Source: an uncultured delta proteobacterium (lineage in GTDB: Bacteria > Desulfobacterota > Deferrimicrobia > Deferrimicrobiales > Deferrimicrobiaceae). From it: a stretch of 64,000 nucleotides of DNA. The stretch spans positions 294,663 to 358,662 of the forward strand of contig CAVXEY010000006.1 of the NCBI GenBank assembly GCA_963760885.1. Direction: 5' to 3'. Made by a program: the position numbers and the translations under genes. Positions 10,945 through 22,981 of the stretch are shown in pieces; the first letter of the stretch is position 1; every line of letters begins with the position of its first letter. Below the pieces are notes generated by a model. The model saw nothing but the letters and a program-made list of their open reading frames with translations, was not told the DNA's origin and searched no databases.

Positions 10945-11093
10945 TTCTTGCCGCTGACCGTTACGGAGAGACGCTTCCGACCCTTGGCGCGGCGGCGTGA
11001 AATGACTTTCCTGCCGCCGGGGGTCGACATTCGCTCCCGGAAGCCGTGGGTTCTTTTCCTCCGCAGGTTGTGCGGCTGGTACGTGCGCTTCAT
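10941..11093 (-). CDS. rpmH: 50S ribosomal protein L34 (not in ORF track)
   Basis: Manual translation [50 protein letters not shown]. Confidence 0.97.
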   Translation of the reverse strand: MKRTYQPHNLRRKRTHGFRERMSTPGGRKVISRRRAKGRKRLSVTVSGKK

Positions 11094-11209
11094 GGGGATT
11101 TCGCTCCTTCCATCAATACGACTCGCTCAAATGACGGGAAACATATAATCTATTGCCTTATGGATCACCGTGTCAACCGGTTTTCCGGTGGGACGCGTCC
11201 GGGGAGCCC

Positions 11210-12109
11210 ATGCCTACGAAGAACATTCCGCGGTTCGATCTGCGAAGGCTGTTCGGTCTGCCCCTCCTGTCGGCGGGGGGGGAGGGGACGCCCGCGCCCC
11301 TGGACAGCGAACTCCTCTTCGACCTGACCGGCGAGAATCCGGAGAACCGTCTTTTCGGCCGATACGGCCCCGTGGAACTCCGGGACCGCCTCGTCGCATC
11401 GGAACTGCTGGCCGGCCTCTCGGAGCGGGGGTATCCGGACCCGGTCCTTCGCCTCTCGTGCGCAGATCCCTCCGATCAGCGGATCTGCCTGTACGCGGGG
11501 GAGGAGACCCGGGATCGGCTCCTCCTCGAGGTGCGCCTGCAGCTGGCCCCCTTCCATCCGCGCCGACCCATCGGACCCTTTACGGAGGCGTCATCCTTCC
11601 GGATGCTCGTGATCAACTGGCTCGTCCTCTCTTCGCCCGACGGGACCTTCACCGTCGACCGACCGCGCCTTCCCGGGCAGGAGAAGCCCGGGCTGGGACT
11701 GCTGAACCCGACGATCGGGCTGCTTAAGGCCCTCGCCCGCGAACTGTCCGTCGATGGTGTGCTCGACATCCCGGACCATTTCCACACGGCGCTTTTCTAC
11801 TCCCGCGCCTTTCGCTACCTCGATCCGGTGGCGGAGGGGCGGTTCCTGGCGATCGCACGCGACCTTTCCGGCATCCCGCTGACGCTGGCCTCCGACGCGA
11901 TCCGGGAAGGGTGCCTCATCGACCGGACGACAGGGGCCTCGATCTCCTGGCCCACCGCGGAGCAGGTGCTGGCGATGCGCGGACCGCTGCGCCGATTCCT
12001 CCGTTCCCCCTCGTACCGGGAGGCCAGAAACCGTGCGTTGGCAGATCACCGGTTCGTTGTCAACTGGGATCTTTACCGGGAGAACCTCGCCCGCCGGGAT
12101 CACCCGTAA
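11210..12109 (+). CDS. Conserved hypothetical protein, possible GNAT-like fold, resembling the C-terminal domain of myxobacterial HDAC-family proteins
   Basis: ggggag RBS; WLVLSSP...RPRLPGQEKPGLGL and FHTALFYSRAFRYLDP motifs; resemblance recalled, not searched. Confidence 0.65.
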   Translation: MPTKNIPRFDLRRLFGLPLLSAGGEGTPAPLDSELLFDLTGENPENRLFGRYGPVELRDRLVASELLAGLSERGYPDPVLRLSCADPSDQRICLYAGEETRDRLLLEVRLQLAPFHPRRPIGPFTEASSFRMLVINWLVLSSPDGTFTVDRPRLPGQEKPGLGLLNPTIGLLKALARELSVDGVLDIPDHFHTALFYSRAFRYLDPVAEGRFLAIARDLSGIPLTLASDAIREGCLIDRTTGASISWPTAEQVLAMRGPLRRFLRSPSYREARNRALADHRFVVNWDLYRENLARRDHP

Positions 12110-12283
12110 AAATATCCTTGCGTCCCGTTTTTCGCGTGTGGTACCCTCCATCCCTCATCAGTCCTCATCAGTGTCCTTCCTGTCGTACTGAGGCGGAAAC
12201 GGATCCGGCCAAAATGTGGGAATCCCGGTGAGAAAACCAAAGAAAACATCAACTAAGGTGCTGGAACCAAAGGGGAATAAAAG

Positions 12284-12303
12284 TTATCCACACCTGTGGA
12301 AAA
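12284..12303. promoter_or_regulatory. DnaA boxes upstream of dnaA
   Basis: Perfect TTATCCACA at 12284-12292 and inverted TGTGGAAAA at 12295-12303 in an AT-richer intergenic region. Confidence 0.85.
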
Positions 12304-12407
12304 ACATGTTGGCAACTATTCCGCATTCTCCCCGCGTCCCGGCCGGAAAATGAACGCATTTCAGATACTTTCCCGATCATGAGACCCCCACACCCGGAGC
12401 CCGTCGC

Positions 12408-13754
12408 GTGACCGCGAAGGCATGGGAAAGGGTGCTCGCACAACTGCGCGGCGAGGTGAGCGAGCAGGTGTTCGAGACGTGGCTGCGCCCCCTGCGCTTC
12501 GTAACGAGGGAAGGCCCGATCCTCTTCGTCGCCACACCCCACAAGTTCTTCAAGGAGTGGATCGAGGAGAACCATCTCGCCCGGATCGAGGAGATCTCCA
12601 GGAAGGAGCTCGCGGAGGAGGTCACCGTCGAGATCCTGGTCGGGGTCGAGGAGGAAGACCCCCAATCCGCGGTCCCCGTTCCTTCCCGGCTGCTCCAGTT
12701 CCACGAGGAGACCGCCTCGCGGACCCGGGCGGTGTTCGGGCCGCTGAACAACCGGTACACGTTCGACCGGTTCGTCGTCGGTACCGGGAACCAGTTCGCG
12801 CACGCGGCCTCCGTCGCGGTGGCCAACGAGCCGGGAAACAGCTACAACCCCCTCTTCGTCTACGGAGGCGTCGGCCTGGGGAAGACGCACCTGCTGCACG
12901 CGATCGGAAACGCGGCGCTGGAGAAGTCCCCGCGCCTCAAGGTGTGCTACATCCCCGCCGAGAAGTTCACCAACGATCTCATCGCCTCCCTGCGCTCCGG
13001 AAAGATGTCCGACTTCAAGGAGCGATACCGCAACGTCGACCTGTTGCTGATGGACGACGTGCAGTTCATCGCGGGGAAGCGAAGCACCCAGGAGGAGTTC
13101 TTCCACACCTTCAACGAGTTGTACTCCTCCCGTCGGCAGGTCGTCGTGTCCAGCGACAAGTTCCCGAAGGAGATCCCGGATCTCGAGGAGAGGATCCAGT
13201 CGCGTTTCGAGTGGGGCCTCGTCGCCGACATCCAGGCGCCCGACATCGAAACGCGGGTGGCGATCCTCAACCGGAAGGCGGAGGCGGAAAACATCCTTCT
13301 GCCGGAAGATGTGGCGCTCTATCTTGCGACCATGGTGAAAAACAACATCCGAGAGCTCGAAGGGTGTCTCATCCGGATCGGGGCACACGCCTCGCTCACC
13401 CGCATGGAGATCAATCTCGAACTGGCGAAAACGATCCTCGCCCCGATCCTCGGCACCGGCGGCAGGGAAGTTTCCACCGACCACATCCAGAAGGCGGTCG
13501 CGGAGCATTACGGCGTGAAGGTATCCGACCTCCGGTCCGACCGGAAGCACAAGGTGATCGCGATGCCGCGCCAGGTGGCGATGTTCCTGATGCGCGAGAT
13601 GACGCGCTGCTCTTTCCCCGACATCGGGAAGCAGTTCGGTGGCCGGGATCACACCACGGTGATGTACGCCGTAAAAAAAATTGAGAAGAAACTTGCAGAC
13701 GATGTATCTTTAAGGAACACGTTGGACATCCTACGGAAGAAAATCGAGGGATAA
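12408..13754 (+). CDS. dnaA: Chromosomal replication initiator DnaA
   Basis: YTFDRFVVG, YNPLFVYGGVGLGKTHL, DDVQF, GGRDHTTV. Confidence 0.98.
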   Translation: MTAKAWERVLAQLRGEVSEQVFETWLRPLRFVTREGPILFVATPHKFFKEWIEENHLARIEEISRKELAEEVTVEILVGVEEEDPQSAVPVPSRLLQFHEETASRTRAVFGPLNNRYTFDRFVVGTGNQFAHAASVAVANEPGNSYNPLFVYGGVGLGKTHLLHAIGNAALEKSPRLKVCYIPAEKFTNDLIASLRSGKMSDFKERYRNVDLLLMDDVQFIAGKRSTQEEFFHTFNELYSSRRQVVVSSDKFPKEIPDLEERIQSRFEWGLVADIQAPDIETRVAILNRKAEAENILLPEDVALYLATMVKNNIRELEGCLIRIGAHASLTRMEINLELAKTILAPILGTGGREVSTDHIQKAVAEHYGVKVSDLRSDRKHKVIAMPRQVAMFLMREMTRCSFPDIGKQFGGRDHTTVMYAVKKIEKKLADDVSLRNTLDILRKKIEG

Positions 13755-13756
13755 CC

Positions 13757-13930
13757 TGTGGAGAAAGAGAACGGGGCCCGGCTGTCCACAGACCGTTTCT
13801 TCCTGGATCGAAGTTGCGCACAGATTCGCCAACAGCCCCGTACGTGGATGCGCGGAGCCTTCACCGGGTTTTCCACAGAGTGCACACTCCCTGCTTCGAC
13901 TACGGTCTTTTCAATTCTTACTACAGGAAG
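13757..13930. other. Probable oriC unwinding region between dnaA and dnaN
   Basis: DnaA-box-like TGTGGAGAA (13757), CTGTCCACA (13782), TTTTCCACA (13869), then GAGTGCACA, a C-rich spacer, trio-like TGC TTC GAC TAC and an AT-rich stretch. Confidence 0.7.
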
Positions 13931-13939
13931 AGGCAGACG

Positions 13940-15064
13940 ATGAACTTTACTGTGGACAGAGACCTGCTCATCGACGTACTCACCGGAATCCAGGGAGTCG
14001 CGGAACGACGTCACACGATGCCCGTCCTTTCCCACGCGTTGATGACCATCGGAGGCGGAAACCTGACGGTGGTGTCCTCGGACCTCGAGATCGTGGTCCG
14101 CTGCCTGCAGCCGATCGCAGCGGGTGAACCCGGGTCGATCGCCCTCCCTGCCCGCAAGTTGCTCGACATCGCCAAGGTGCTTCCGAAGGAATCCACGGTG
14201 AGCGTCGCCGGGAAAGAGGGGAACTACGTCGAGATCTCCTCGGGCCGGTCCCATTTCCGCCTTGCGGGATTGCCTCCGCAGGAATTTCCCGAAATGCCGG
14301 AAAAACCGTCGGGGAAGACGGTATCGATCGACGGAGACACCTTCCGGAAACTTTCCGAGCGCGTGGTGCCGTTCGCCTCCTCCGACGAGACGCGGTACAA
14401 CCTCGCCGGGGTCCTGCTCGAACGGGCCGAGACGGAATCGGGATCGATGCTGCGGATGGTGGCCACGGACGGTCACCGGCTGGCGATGGCCGACGGCGAG
14501 GTCGGGAACATCGGGGAACTTCTCGCGTCGCGAAAGATTCTCGTTCCCAAGAAAGGGATACTGGAGATCCGGAAGCTCGCGGAAAGCGGACCCGGCTCCA
14601 TCGAATTGTCCGCGTCGGAGAAGTTCCTCTTCGCCGCGAAGGGGGACACGGAGGTCTGGGTGCGGCTGCTCGACGCCGATTTCCCGGATTACCGGCAGGT
14701 CATCCCGAAGGAGAACCTGTTGACGGCCACGGTCGCCCGCGATGACTTCGCCGAAGTGCTGCGCCGCGTCGCCGTCATGGCGCCCGACAAGGTGCACAGC
14801 GTGAAGCTCTCCTTCTCGGGGAAGCAGCTGGAAGTCTCCTCGACCAGCCCGGACCAGGGGGAAGCCAGGGACCTTCTGGAATCGGAGTACGATGGTCCCG
14901 CGATGAAGATCGGGTTCAACGGAAGGTACCTGCAGGACGCGGTTTCGGGGGTTTCGGAGGAGAAGATGGTCCTGCAGCTGAAGGACGAGGTCTCGCAGGT
15001 GATCCTTCGACCGGAGAAAGAGCGAAACTACCTGGCGATCGTCATGCCGATGAGGATCTATTAG
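13940..15064 (+). CDS. dnaN: DNA polymerase III beta clamp
   Basis: Start MNFTVDR; VATDGHRL, FPDYRQVIP, GFNGRYL, IVMPMR. Confidence 0.97.
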   Translation: MNFTVDRDLLIDVLTGIQGVAERRHTMPVLSHALMTIGGGNLTVVSSDLEIVVRCLQPIAAGEPGSIALPARKLLDIAKVLPKESTVSVAGKEGNYVEISSGRSHFRLAGLPPQEFPEMPEKPSGKTVSIDGDTFRKLSERVVPFASSDETRYNLAGVLLERAETESGSMLRMVATDGHRLAMADGEVGNIGELLASRKILVPKKGILEIRKLAESGPGSIELSASEKFLFAAKGDTEVWVRLLDADFPDYRQVIPKENLLTATVARDDFAEVLRRVAVMAPDKVHSVKLSFSGKQLEVSSTSPDQGEARDLLESEYDGPAMKIGFNGRYLQDAVSGVSEEKMVLQLKDEVSQVILRPEKERNYLAIVMPMRIY

Positions 15065-15104
15065 AAAAAATCCTCATCGTTTTCGATAAATTGTCTTTCC
15101 TTTT

Positions 15105-15132
15105 CGGGGGGCCTTCGCCCCCCGTTTCTTTT
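15105..15132 (+). terminator. Intrinsic terminator after dnaN
   Basis: cggggggc-cttc-gccccccg followed by tttctttt; a TATAAT at 15154-15159 follows as a likely gyrB -10. Confidence 0.75.
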
Positions 15133-15153
15133 CCCTCGCGCAGCCCTTCGTAG

Positions 15154-17643
<2,490 letters not shown>

Positions 17644-17890
17644 TCCGGTGGTCTGCGGGAGTTCGTTCGGCGGCGGTATCCGGGCGCTGACGGAGCCGTC
17701 GCGGAAATCCCGCCACGCAAGCGATTTCTACCGGAGCAGCGCATCCGGGACCGGAAGGAAACGTCTTCCGAAATTCCCCGTTCGGCCCGCACCCGAGAGA
17801 ATCGTCCGGCATTTCCAGTAAAAAGGAGAATCCCCTCGTTCCGGTGGTAAGGGACGGGGGTTCGGTCCGTCATCCGGCCCAATAAGGATT

Positions 17891-17950
17891 TTATTGACAC
17901 GTTATGAAAGGATATGGCAACCTGTGCAATATTTTGACCTAAAATGAAAG
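17891..17950 (+). promoter_or_regulatory. Promoter/operator with 10-bp phased repeats upstream of the DeoR gene
   Basis: TTGACA at 17894; TTGAC-N5-ATGAAAG at 17894 and 17934; TG in the same phase in six consecutive decamers. Confidence 0.6.
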
Positions 17951-17957
17951 AGTCTAT

Positions 17958-18758
17958 TTGAATCTCAACGGCGAAAAGATCGATCTGATCCCGGCCCGGC
18001 GCCGCAGCATGATATTGGGACTGATCCGGCAGCAAACTTCCGTCTCCGTGCATGAGTTGGCACAAAATGTCGGCGTGTCCCTTTCCACGGCACGGCGGGA
18101 CCTTGATGCGCTGAGCCGCATGGGATTCATCGAGCGGAGTCACGGCGGTGCGGTATTGCCCCTGGCCCTGGGGACCGCCGCCGAGCAGGACCTCGGAATT
18201 TCCGCGCATTTCGCCCATGAGGAAAAGAAGGCGATCGGCCGCATGGCCGCCGAACTCCTGCGCGATCGGCAGACCGTTCTTTTCGATTCAGGTTCCACGG
18301 TCATGGAAATTGCGCAGCGGGTTGTGGAAAAGGGGCTTCGGCTGACCGCCGTGACCAACGATGTAAAAATGGCGGGATTGTTCGCGGGATCCGCAGCGAT
18401 CCAGGTTGTCGTCCTGGGAGGCACGATGCGGCCCGGCTCTCCCACCCTGGTGGGTGAACCGGGGTTGGGTTTTCTCAAATCCCTCCACGTCGACGTTTCG
18501 TTCATCGGCATTCACGCGGTCAAGGGCACCAGGCTCTGCGAGACGACGATCGATCTCGCGGTGCTGAAGCGCGGCATGCTGGATGCGGCGGAGCACGGGG
18601 TCCTTGTGGCGGATGCGGGCAAATTCGGCGCCACGGCGTTCTGTGACGTCTGCGACGTGACCAAGGTGGATGAAATCATCACCGACAGCCGCCTCGCGGC
18701 GCCGAGGCGGAAGGAGCTTGAGGAAATGGGGGTCAAGCTTCGGATCGCTTCGGAGTAA
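17958..18758 (+). CDS. DeoR/GlpR family transcriptional regulator
   Basis: VSLSTARRDLDAL, RSHGGA, EEKKAIG, FDSGST, AVTND. Confidence 0.92.
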   Translation: MNLNGEKIDLIPARRRSMILGLIRQQTSVSVHELAQNVGVSLSTARRDLDALSRMGFIERSHGGAVLPLALGTAAEQDLGISAHFAHEEKKAIGRMAAELLRDRQTVLFDSGSTVMEIAQRVVEKGLRLTAVTNDVKMAGLFAGSAAIQVVVLGGTMRPGSPTLVGEPGLGFLKSLHVDVSFIGIHAVKGTRLCETTIDLAVLKRGMLDAAEHGVLVADAGKFGATAFCDVCDVTKVDEIITDSRLAAPRRKELEEMGVKLRIASE

Positions 18759-18812
18759 GAGGAGGAGGAGAACATGAAAAGAAGTCGAGTAAAAAACCAA
18801 GGAGGTGTTCAG

Positions 18813-19805
18813 ATGGGTCGATCCAAAAAAGCCGTGGTATTGCTGCTTGCGTCGCTGGTCCTGGGTGGACTGATCGTAACGGGCGCTCTCGCGGCCTCCA
18901 ACTACCCTACCAAGCCGATTACCGTTCTCCAGGGGTTTAAACCCGGCGGGGGAAGCGACGCGCTTGCGACGTTGACCCAGCCCTTTTTGGAGAAGATCCT
19001 CGGCAAGACCTTCGTGAACCAGTACATCCCGGGGGCGACCGGCGCCATCGCGTGGACGCAGCTTGCGAAGTCGACGCGGCCCGACGGGTACACCATCTCG
19101 ATCACCAACACGCCGATGTTGATGACCAATTACATCATGAACCCCGAGATAACCTACAACATCTCCGAGTTGACCCCGATCGCCAACGTGGTGACCGACC
19201 CGGGCATCATCGTCGTCGGCAAGGACAGCCCGTACAAAACGATCCAGGAATTTCTGGCGGCCGCGAAGAAGAGTCCCGGCATGATCACCGTGGGAAATTC
19301 CGGCATCGGCGGTGACGATTTCTTCACGACCCTGATCTTCGAAAAGGCGAGCGGGCTCAAGTTCCAGATGGTCCCGTTCCAGGGCGACGGCCCCTCCTGG
19401 CAGGCGGCCATGGGGGGAAAGATCGACGCAAGCTTCAACAACCTCGGGATCACGTTCCCGCAGATCAAGGCCGGCAACCTGCGCGCCCTGGCGCTCTTCG
19501 CCGAGAAACGCGATCCGAACATCCCGAACGTTCCCACGGCGAAGGAACTCGGTTACGACGTCGTCTCCGGCTCCTCGCGCGGCTACAGCGCCCCGAAGGG
19601 GATTCCCGCCGAGGCCCGCGACGCGCTGATCAAGGCGTTCGGCAAGATGGCGGAAGATCCGGCCTTCAAGAAAGCGGCGGCCGATCGGGCGCTGCCCATC
19701 GATATGAAACTCGGCAATGCGTACACCGACTACCTGCAGAAGCAGGAGAAAGCCTTCGGCAAGATCTGGGACGAGGTCAAGAGCCAGTACCAGGGCAAGA
19801 AGTAA
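18813..19805 (+). CDS. tctC: Tripartite tricarboxylate transporter substrate-binding protein TctC
   Basis: YPTKPIT, PGGGSD, PGATGAI, PDGYT; signal peptide; ggagg RBS before ATG 18813. Confidence 0.88.
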   Translation: MGRSKKAVVLLLASLVLGGLIVTGALAASNYPTKPITVLQGFKPGGGSDALATLTQPFLEKILGKTFVNQYIPGATGAIAWTQLAKSTRPDGYTISITNTPMLMTNYIMNPEITYNISELTPIANVVTDPGIIVVGKDSPYKTIQEFLAAAKKSPGMITVGNSGIGGDDFFTTLIFEKASGLKFQMVPFQGDGPSWQAAMGGKIDASFNNLGITFPQIKAGNLRALALFAEKRDPNIPNVPTAKELGYDVVSGSSRGYSAPKGIPAEARDALIKAFGKMAEDPAFKKAAADRALPIDMKLGNAYTDYLQKQEKAFGKIWDEVKSQYQGKK

Positions 19806-19814
19806 GGCGGCATT

Positions 19815-19849
19815 TCCCGGAGCGGGAGCGTTTTGCTCCCGCTCCGGGA
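19815..19849 (+). other. 15-bp perfect intercistronic hairpin after tctC (mRNA stabiliser or attenuator)
   Basis: tcccggagcgggagc-gtttt-gctcccgctccggga, with no U tract. Confidence 0.6.
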
Positions 19850-19868
19850 CCACCAGGAGAGAATTCGG

Positions 19869-20327
19869 ATGAAACGGCTGGCCCCATACCTTCTGTTCGC
19901 CGGAGCGATCGATTCCCTGGCGATCGTTTTTTACGTGAATACCCTCAGAATGCCGAAGGCGGCGTATCAGATGCCGCGCATCCTGATCGCCCTGGTGCTC
20001 CTGCTGTCGGTGCTCATGATCGTGGAGCAGGTCCTCCAGATGCGGAAACCCCCCTCCGCGGACAACGGCAAGGACCTTCCCGAGGAAATCAGCCCCCTCC
20101 GGATCGGCGTGTTCGTTTCCCTGATCCTCGCGTACGTTCTGACCATCGTGCCCCTGGGATATTTCATCGCAACGCCGGCGTTCCTGATCGGATCCCTCTT
20201 TTTTCTCAGATCGACGAAGCCGCACTGGATATTGGCGATCGCCGTCGGCTTTACGGGTTTCGTCTATCTGCTCTTCGTGCTGTTTCTGCACATGCCGGTA
20301 CCCTTGGGTCTGCTGGGTCAGGGATAA
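19869..20327 (+). CDS. tctB: TctB family small membrane subunit
   Basis: 4-5 TM helices, LGYFIAT, C-terminal LFLHMPVPLG; between tctC and tctA. Confidence 0.82.
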   Translation: MKRLAPYLLFAGAIDSLAIVFYVNTLRMPKAAYQMPRILIALVLLLSVLMIVEQVLQMRKPPSADNGKDLPEEISPLRIGVFVSLILAYVLTIVPLGYFIATPAFLIGSLFFLRSTKPHWILAIAVGFTGFVYLLFVLFLHMPVPLGLLGQG

Positions 20328-20339
20328 GGAGATCTCCCC

Positions 20340-21863
20340 GTGATTATCGACGCCGTACTCACCGGCTTGACGGGAGTAACATCACCGGTCAACCTCCTGC
20401 TCGTAGCGGGTGGAACGGCGATCGGCATCTTCGTCGGGGCGATGCCCGGACTTTCGGCGACGATGGCGATCGCGCTCCTGCTTCCGCTGACCTTCCCGCT
20501 GCCTGCGGCGTCGGGGTTGAGCATGCTCGCCGCCCTCTACATGGGAGCCATGTACGGCGGTTCGATCGCGGCCATCCTGCTCAGGGTCCCCGGAACGCCG
20601 GCGGCGGCGGCCACCGTGCTCGACGGGTATCCGATGGCCCGGAACGGGCAGGCGGGAAAAGCGCTGGGCGTGTCCCTGGTCGCATCGTTCATCGGGGGCT
20701 TGATCAGCAGTTTCGGGCTGCTGACCGTCGCGCCTCTGCTCGGCAAGATCGCGTTGGAGTTCGGGCCCGTGGAACTTTTCGCCGTAGCCGTGCTCGGTCT
20801 CACGATCATCTCGTCCCTTTCCCGCGGCTCCACGATTCTCGGACTGATCTCGGGTGTGCTGGGTACCCTCTTCGCCATGGTCGGAATGGACAACATCACC
20901 GGTGTGCCCCGGTTCACCTTCGGGAACATCAACCTGTTCAGCGGGATTTCCTTCGTCGTGGCGTTGATCGGCCTGTTCTCCATTCCACAGGCGATCCGGC
21001 TGATTGAAAAGAAGGAGGATACCGAGCGGGAACTGGTGGTCAACAGGATTACCGATAAAATGCTGCCGACGTGGAAGGAGTTCAAGGCGCTGAGCGTGAC
21101 CATCGTCCGCTCGTCTTTCATCGGGCTTGTCGTCGGCCTGATCCCTGGAACCGGCGGCGACACGGCGTGCTGGTTCGGCTATAACGAAGCGAAGCGCTTC
21201 TCGAAGGACAAGGACAAGTTCGGAACCGGCATTCCGGAGGGTGTCGCCGCCGCGGAAGCCGCCAACAACGCGGTAGTCGGCGGTGCGCTGATCCCGACCA
21301 TCTCGTTGGGGATCCCGGGCAGTTCCTCCACGGCGGTTCTCATGGGCGGCCTGATGGTGCACGGGATCATGCCCGGCCCTTCCCTGATGACCGAGTATGC
21401 CGACGTGACCTACACGTTGATCTGGGCGGTCGTCCTCTCCAATTTCGCGATGCTGTTCCTGGGGCTGCTCCTGACGCGCATGGCCATCTCCGTTACCCGG
21501 GTCAAGGACAAGATCATGGCCCCCCTGATCATCGTCCTGTGCGTGATCGGCTCCTTTTCCATCAACAACAACATATTCGACGTAATCCTGATGTTCGCTT
21601 TCGGAATTCTCGGGTACGTCATGGACAAGTTGAAGATTCCCACGGCGCCGATGGTGGTCGGACTGATTCTTGGCGACATGTTCAATGTGACGCTCCACCA
21701 ATCGCTCCTGATCAGTCACGGCAGCTGGGCCGTTTTCGTCAAGAACCCCGTCTCGGCAACGCTCCTGGCATTCGCGTTCTTGTCCCTTCTGCAATCCACA
21801 CCGCTGTTTTCCTGGGTTCGCAAATACGGTTTCGGCAGGAATGGGAGGTCTTCCAATGAGTGA
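20340..21863 (+). CDS. tctA: TctA family large permease subunit
   Basis: GAMPGLSATMAIALLLP, YGGSIAAILLRVPGTP, AEAANNA. Confidence 0.92.
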   Translation: MIIDAVLTGLTGVTSPVNLLLVAGGTAIGIFVGAMPGLSATMAIALLLPLTFPLPAASGLSMLAALYMGAMYGGSIAAILLRVPGTPAAAATVLDGYPMARNGQAGKALGVSLVASFIGGLISSFGLLTVAPLLGKIALEFGPVELFAVAVLGLTIISSLSRGSTILGLISGVLGTLFAMVGMDNITGVPRFTFGNINLFSGISFVVALIGLFSIPQAIRLIEKKEDTERELVVNRITDKMLPTWKEFKALSVTIVRSSFIGLVVGLIPGTGGDTACWFGYNEAKRFSKDKDKFGTGIPEGVAAAEAANNAVVGGALIPTISLGIPGSSSTAVLMGGLMVHGIMPGPSLMTEYADVTYTLIWAVVLSNFAMLFLGLLLTRMAISVTRVKDKIMAPLIIVLCVIGSFSINNNIFDVILMFAFGILGYVMDKLKIPTAPMVVGLILGDMFNVTLHQSLLISHGSWAVFVKNPVSATLLAFAFLSLLQSTPLFSWVRKYGFGRNGRSSNE

Positions 21864-22962
21864 AGTGAAGATTGCAAAGGCGATGACGGGACTGGTTTCC
21901 TATCCGAACGGTGACATCAAGCTCACCGAGGTGCCGGTCCCCGGACTCGGCGACAACCCGTTCTCGCCGCGGGACGTTCTGTGCGAGGTCGAGTATTGCG
22001 GCATCTGCGGAAGCGACATCCACAAGTGGCTTGTCGAGAAAAAAGGGGATATCAAACATCCTCCCAACGCGGTCGTCGCGGGACACGAAATCGTCTCCGT
22101 GGTTCGCGAAGTGGGGAAGAAAGTTACCCGTTTCCAGCCCGGCGACCGGGTGGTGCACGAGATCGTGACCTTCTACTGCGGCGAATGCCCTGCCTGCCTC
22201 GAAGGGCGCTTCAACATCTGCAACAAGATCCCGCCGATGGAGGGACGCGCCCACTACATGACCGGCGGCGGTTTCGCCAAATACGTGATGTGGCCGGAAC
22301 AGCAACTCCATAAGCTGCCGGACTCCATCGGGAGCAAGGAAGCCGTGCTGATCGAACCGACGGCGGGGAGTGTCCACAGCATCATCACCCGGATGGGTGT
22401 CAAGGCCGGAGAATCGGTGGCCATCCTGGGCCCCGGTGCGCGCGGGCTGCTCCTGCTGCAGGTCTGTCTGGCCATCGGGGCCGGCCCCGTCGTCATGACC
22501 GGCCTCACGAGGGACGAGTCGTTTCGTCTGGCGATGGCGAAGAAACTGGGGGCCGACCGGGTCGTCAATGTGGAAAAGGAAAATCTCCTGGAGGTCGTCC
22601 GGGAGATGACCGGAGGGATCGGAGTGGACGCGGTGCTGGAGAACACCGGGTCGGTCGCGCCGATCGAGCAATCGCTGGATATCGTCCGCAAGGGCGGGAA
22701 AGTCCTCTGGGCCGGCGGCGGGATCCGGGGCGGAATCGTCGCGCCGGTGGACACGTACAAGATCATCGTCAAGGAGATCGATGTAAAAGGAGAGATCTCG
22801 CAGATTCCGTATGACTGGAAAACGGCGATCCACCTGGTTTCCGCCGGCAAAGTCGACCTGAAATCGCTCGTAACCCATGAATTCCCGCTCACGGATTGGA
22901 AGAAAGGGTTCGATCTGGCCGCCACGAGTCCGGAGTGCCTGCGCGTGGCGTTGAAGCCGTAA
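21856..22962 (+). CDS. Zn-dependent medium-chain dehydrogenase (sorbitol/threonine DH-like)
   Basis: GICGSDIH, GHE, CGECPAC...C, GPGARG. Confidence 0.88.
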   Translation: MSEVKIAKAMTGLVSYPNGDIKLTEVPVPGLGDNPFSPRDVLCEVEYCGICGSDIHKWLVEKKGDIKHPPNAVVAGHEIVSVVREVGKKVTRFQPGDRVVHEIVTFYCGECPACLEGRFNICNKIPPMEGRAHYMTGGGFAKYVMWPEQQLHKLPDSIGSKEAVLIEPTAGSVHSIITRMGVKAGESVAILGPGARGLLLLQVCLAIGAGPVVMTGLTRDESFRLAMAKKLGADRVVNVEKENLLEVVREMTGGIGVDAVLENTGSVAPIEQSLDIVRKGGKVLWAGGGIRGGIVAPVDTYKIIVKEIDVKGEISQIPYDWKTAIHLVSAGKVDLKSLVTHEFPLTDWKKGFDLAATSPECLRVALKP

Positions 22963-22981
22963 GCGAAAGGAGCGACGTCCC

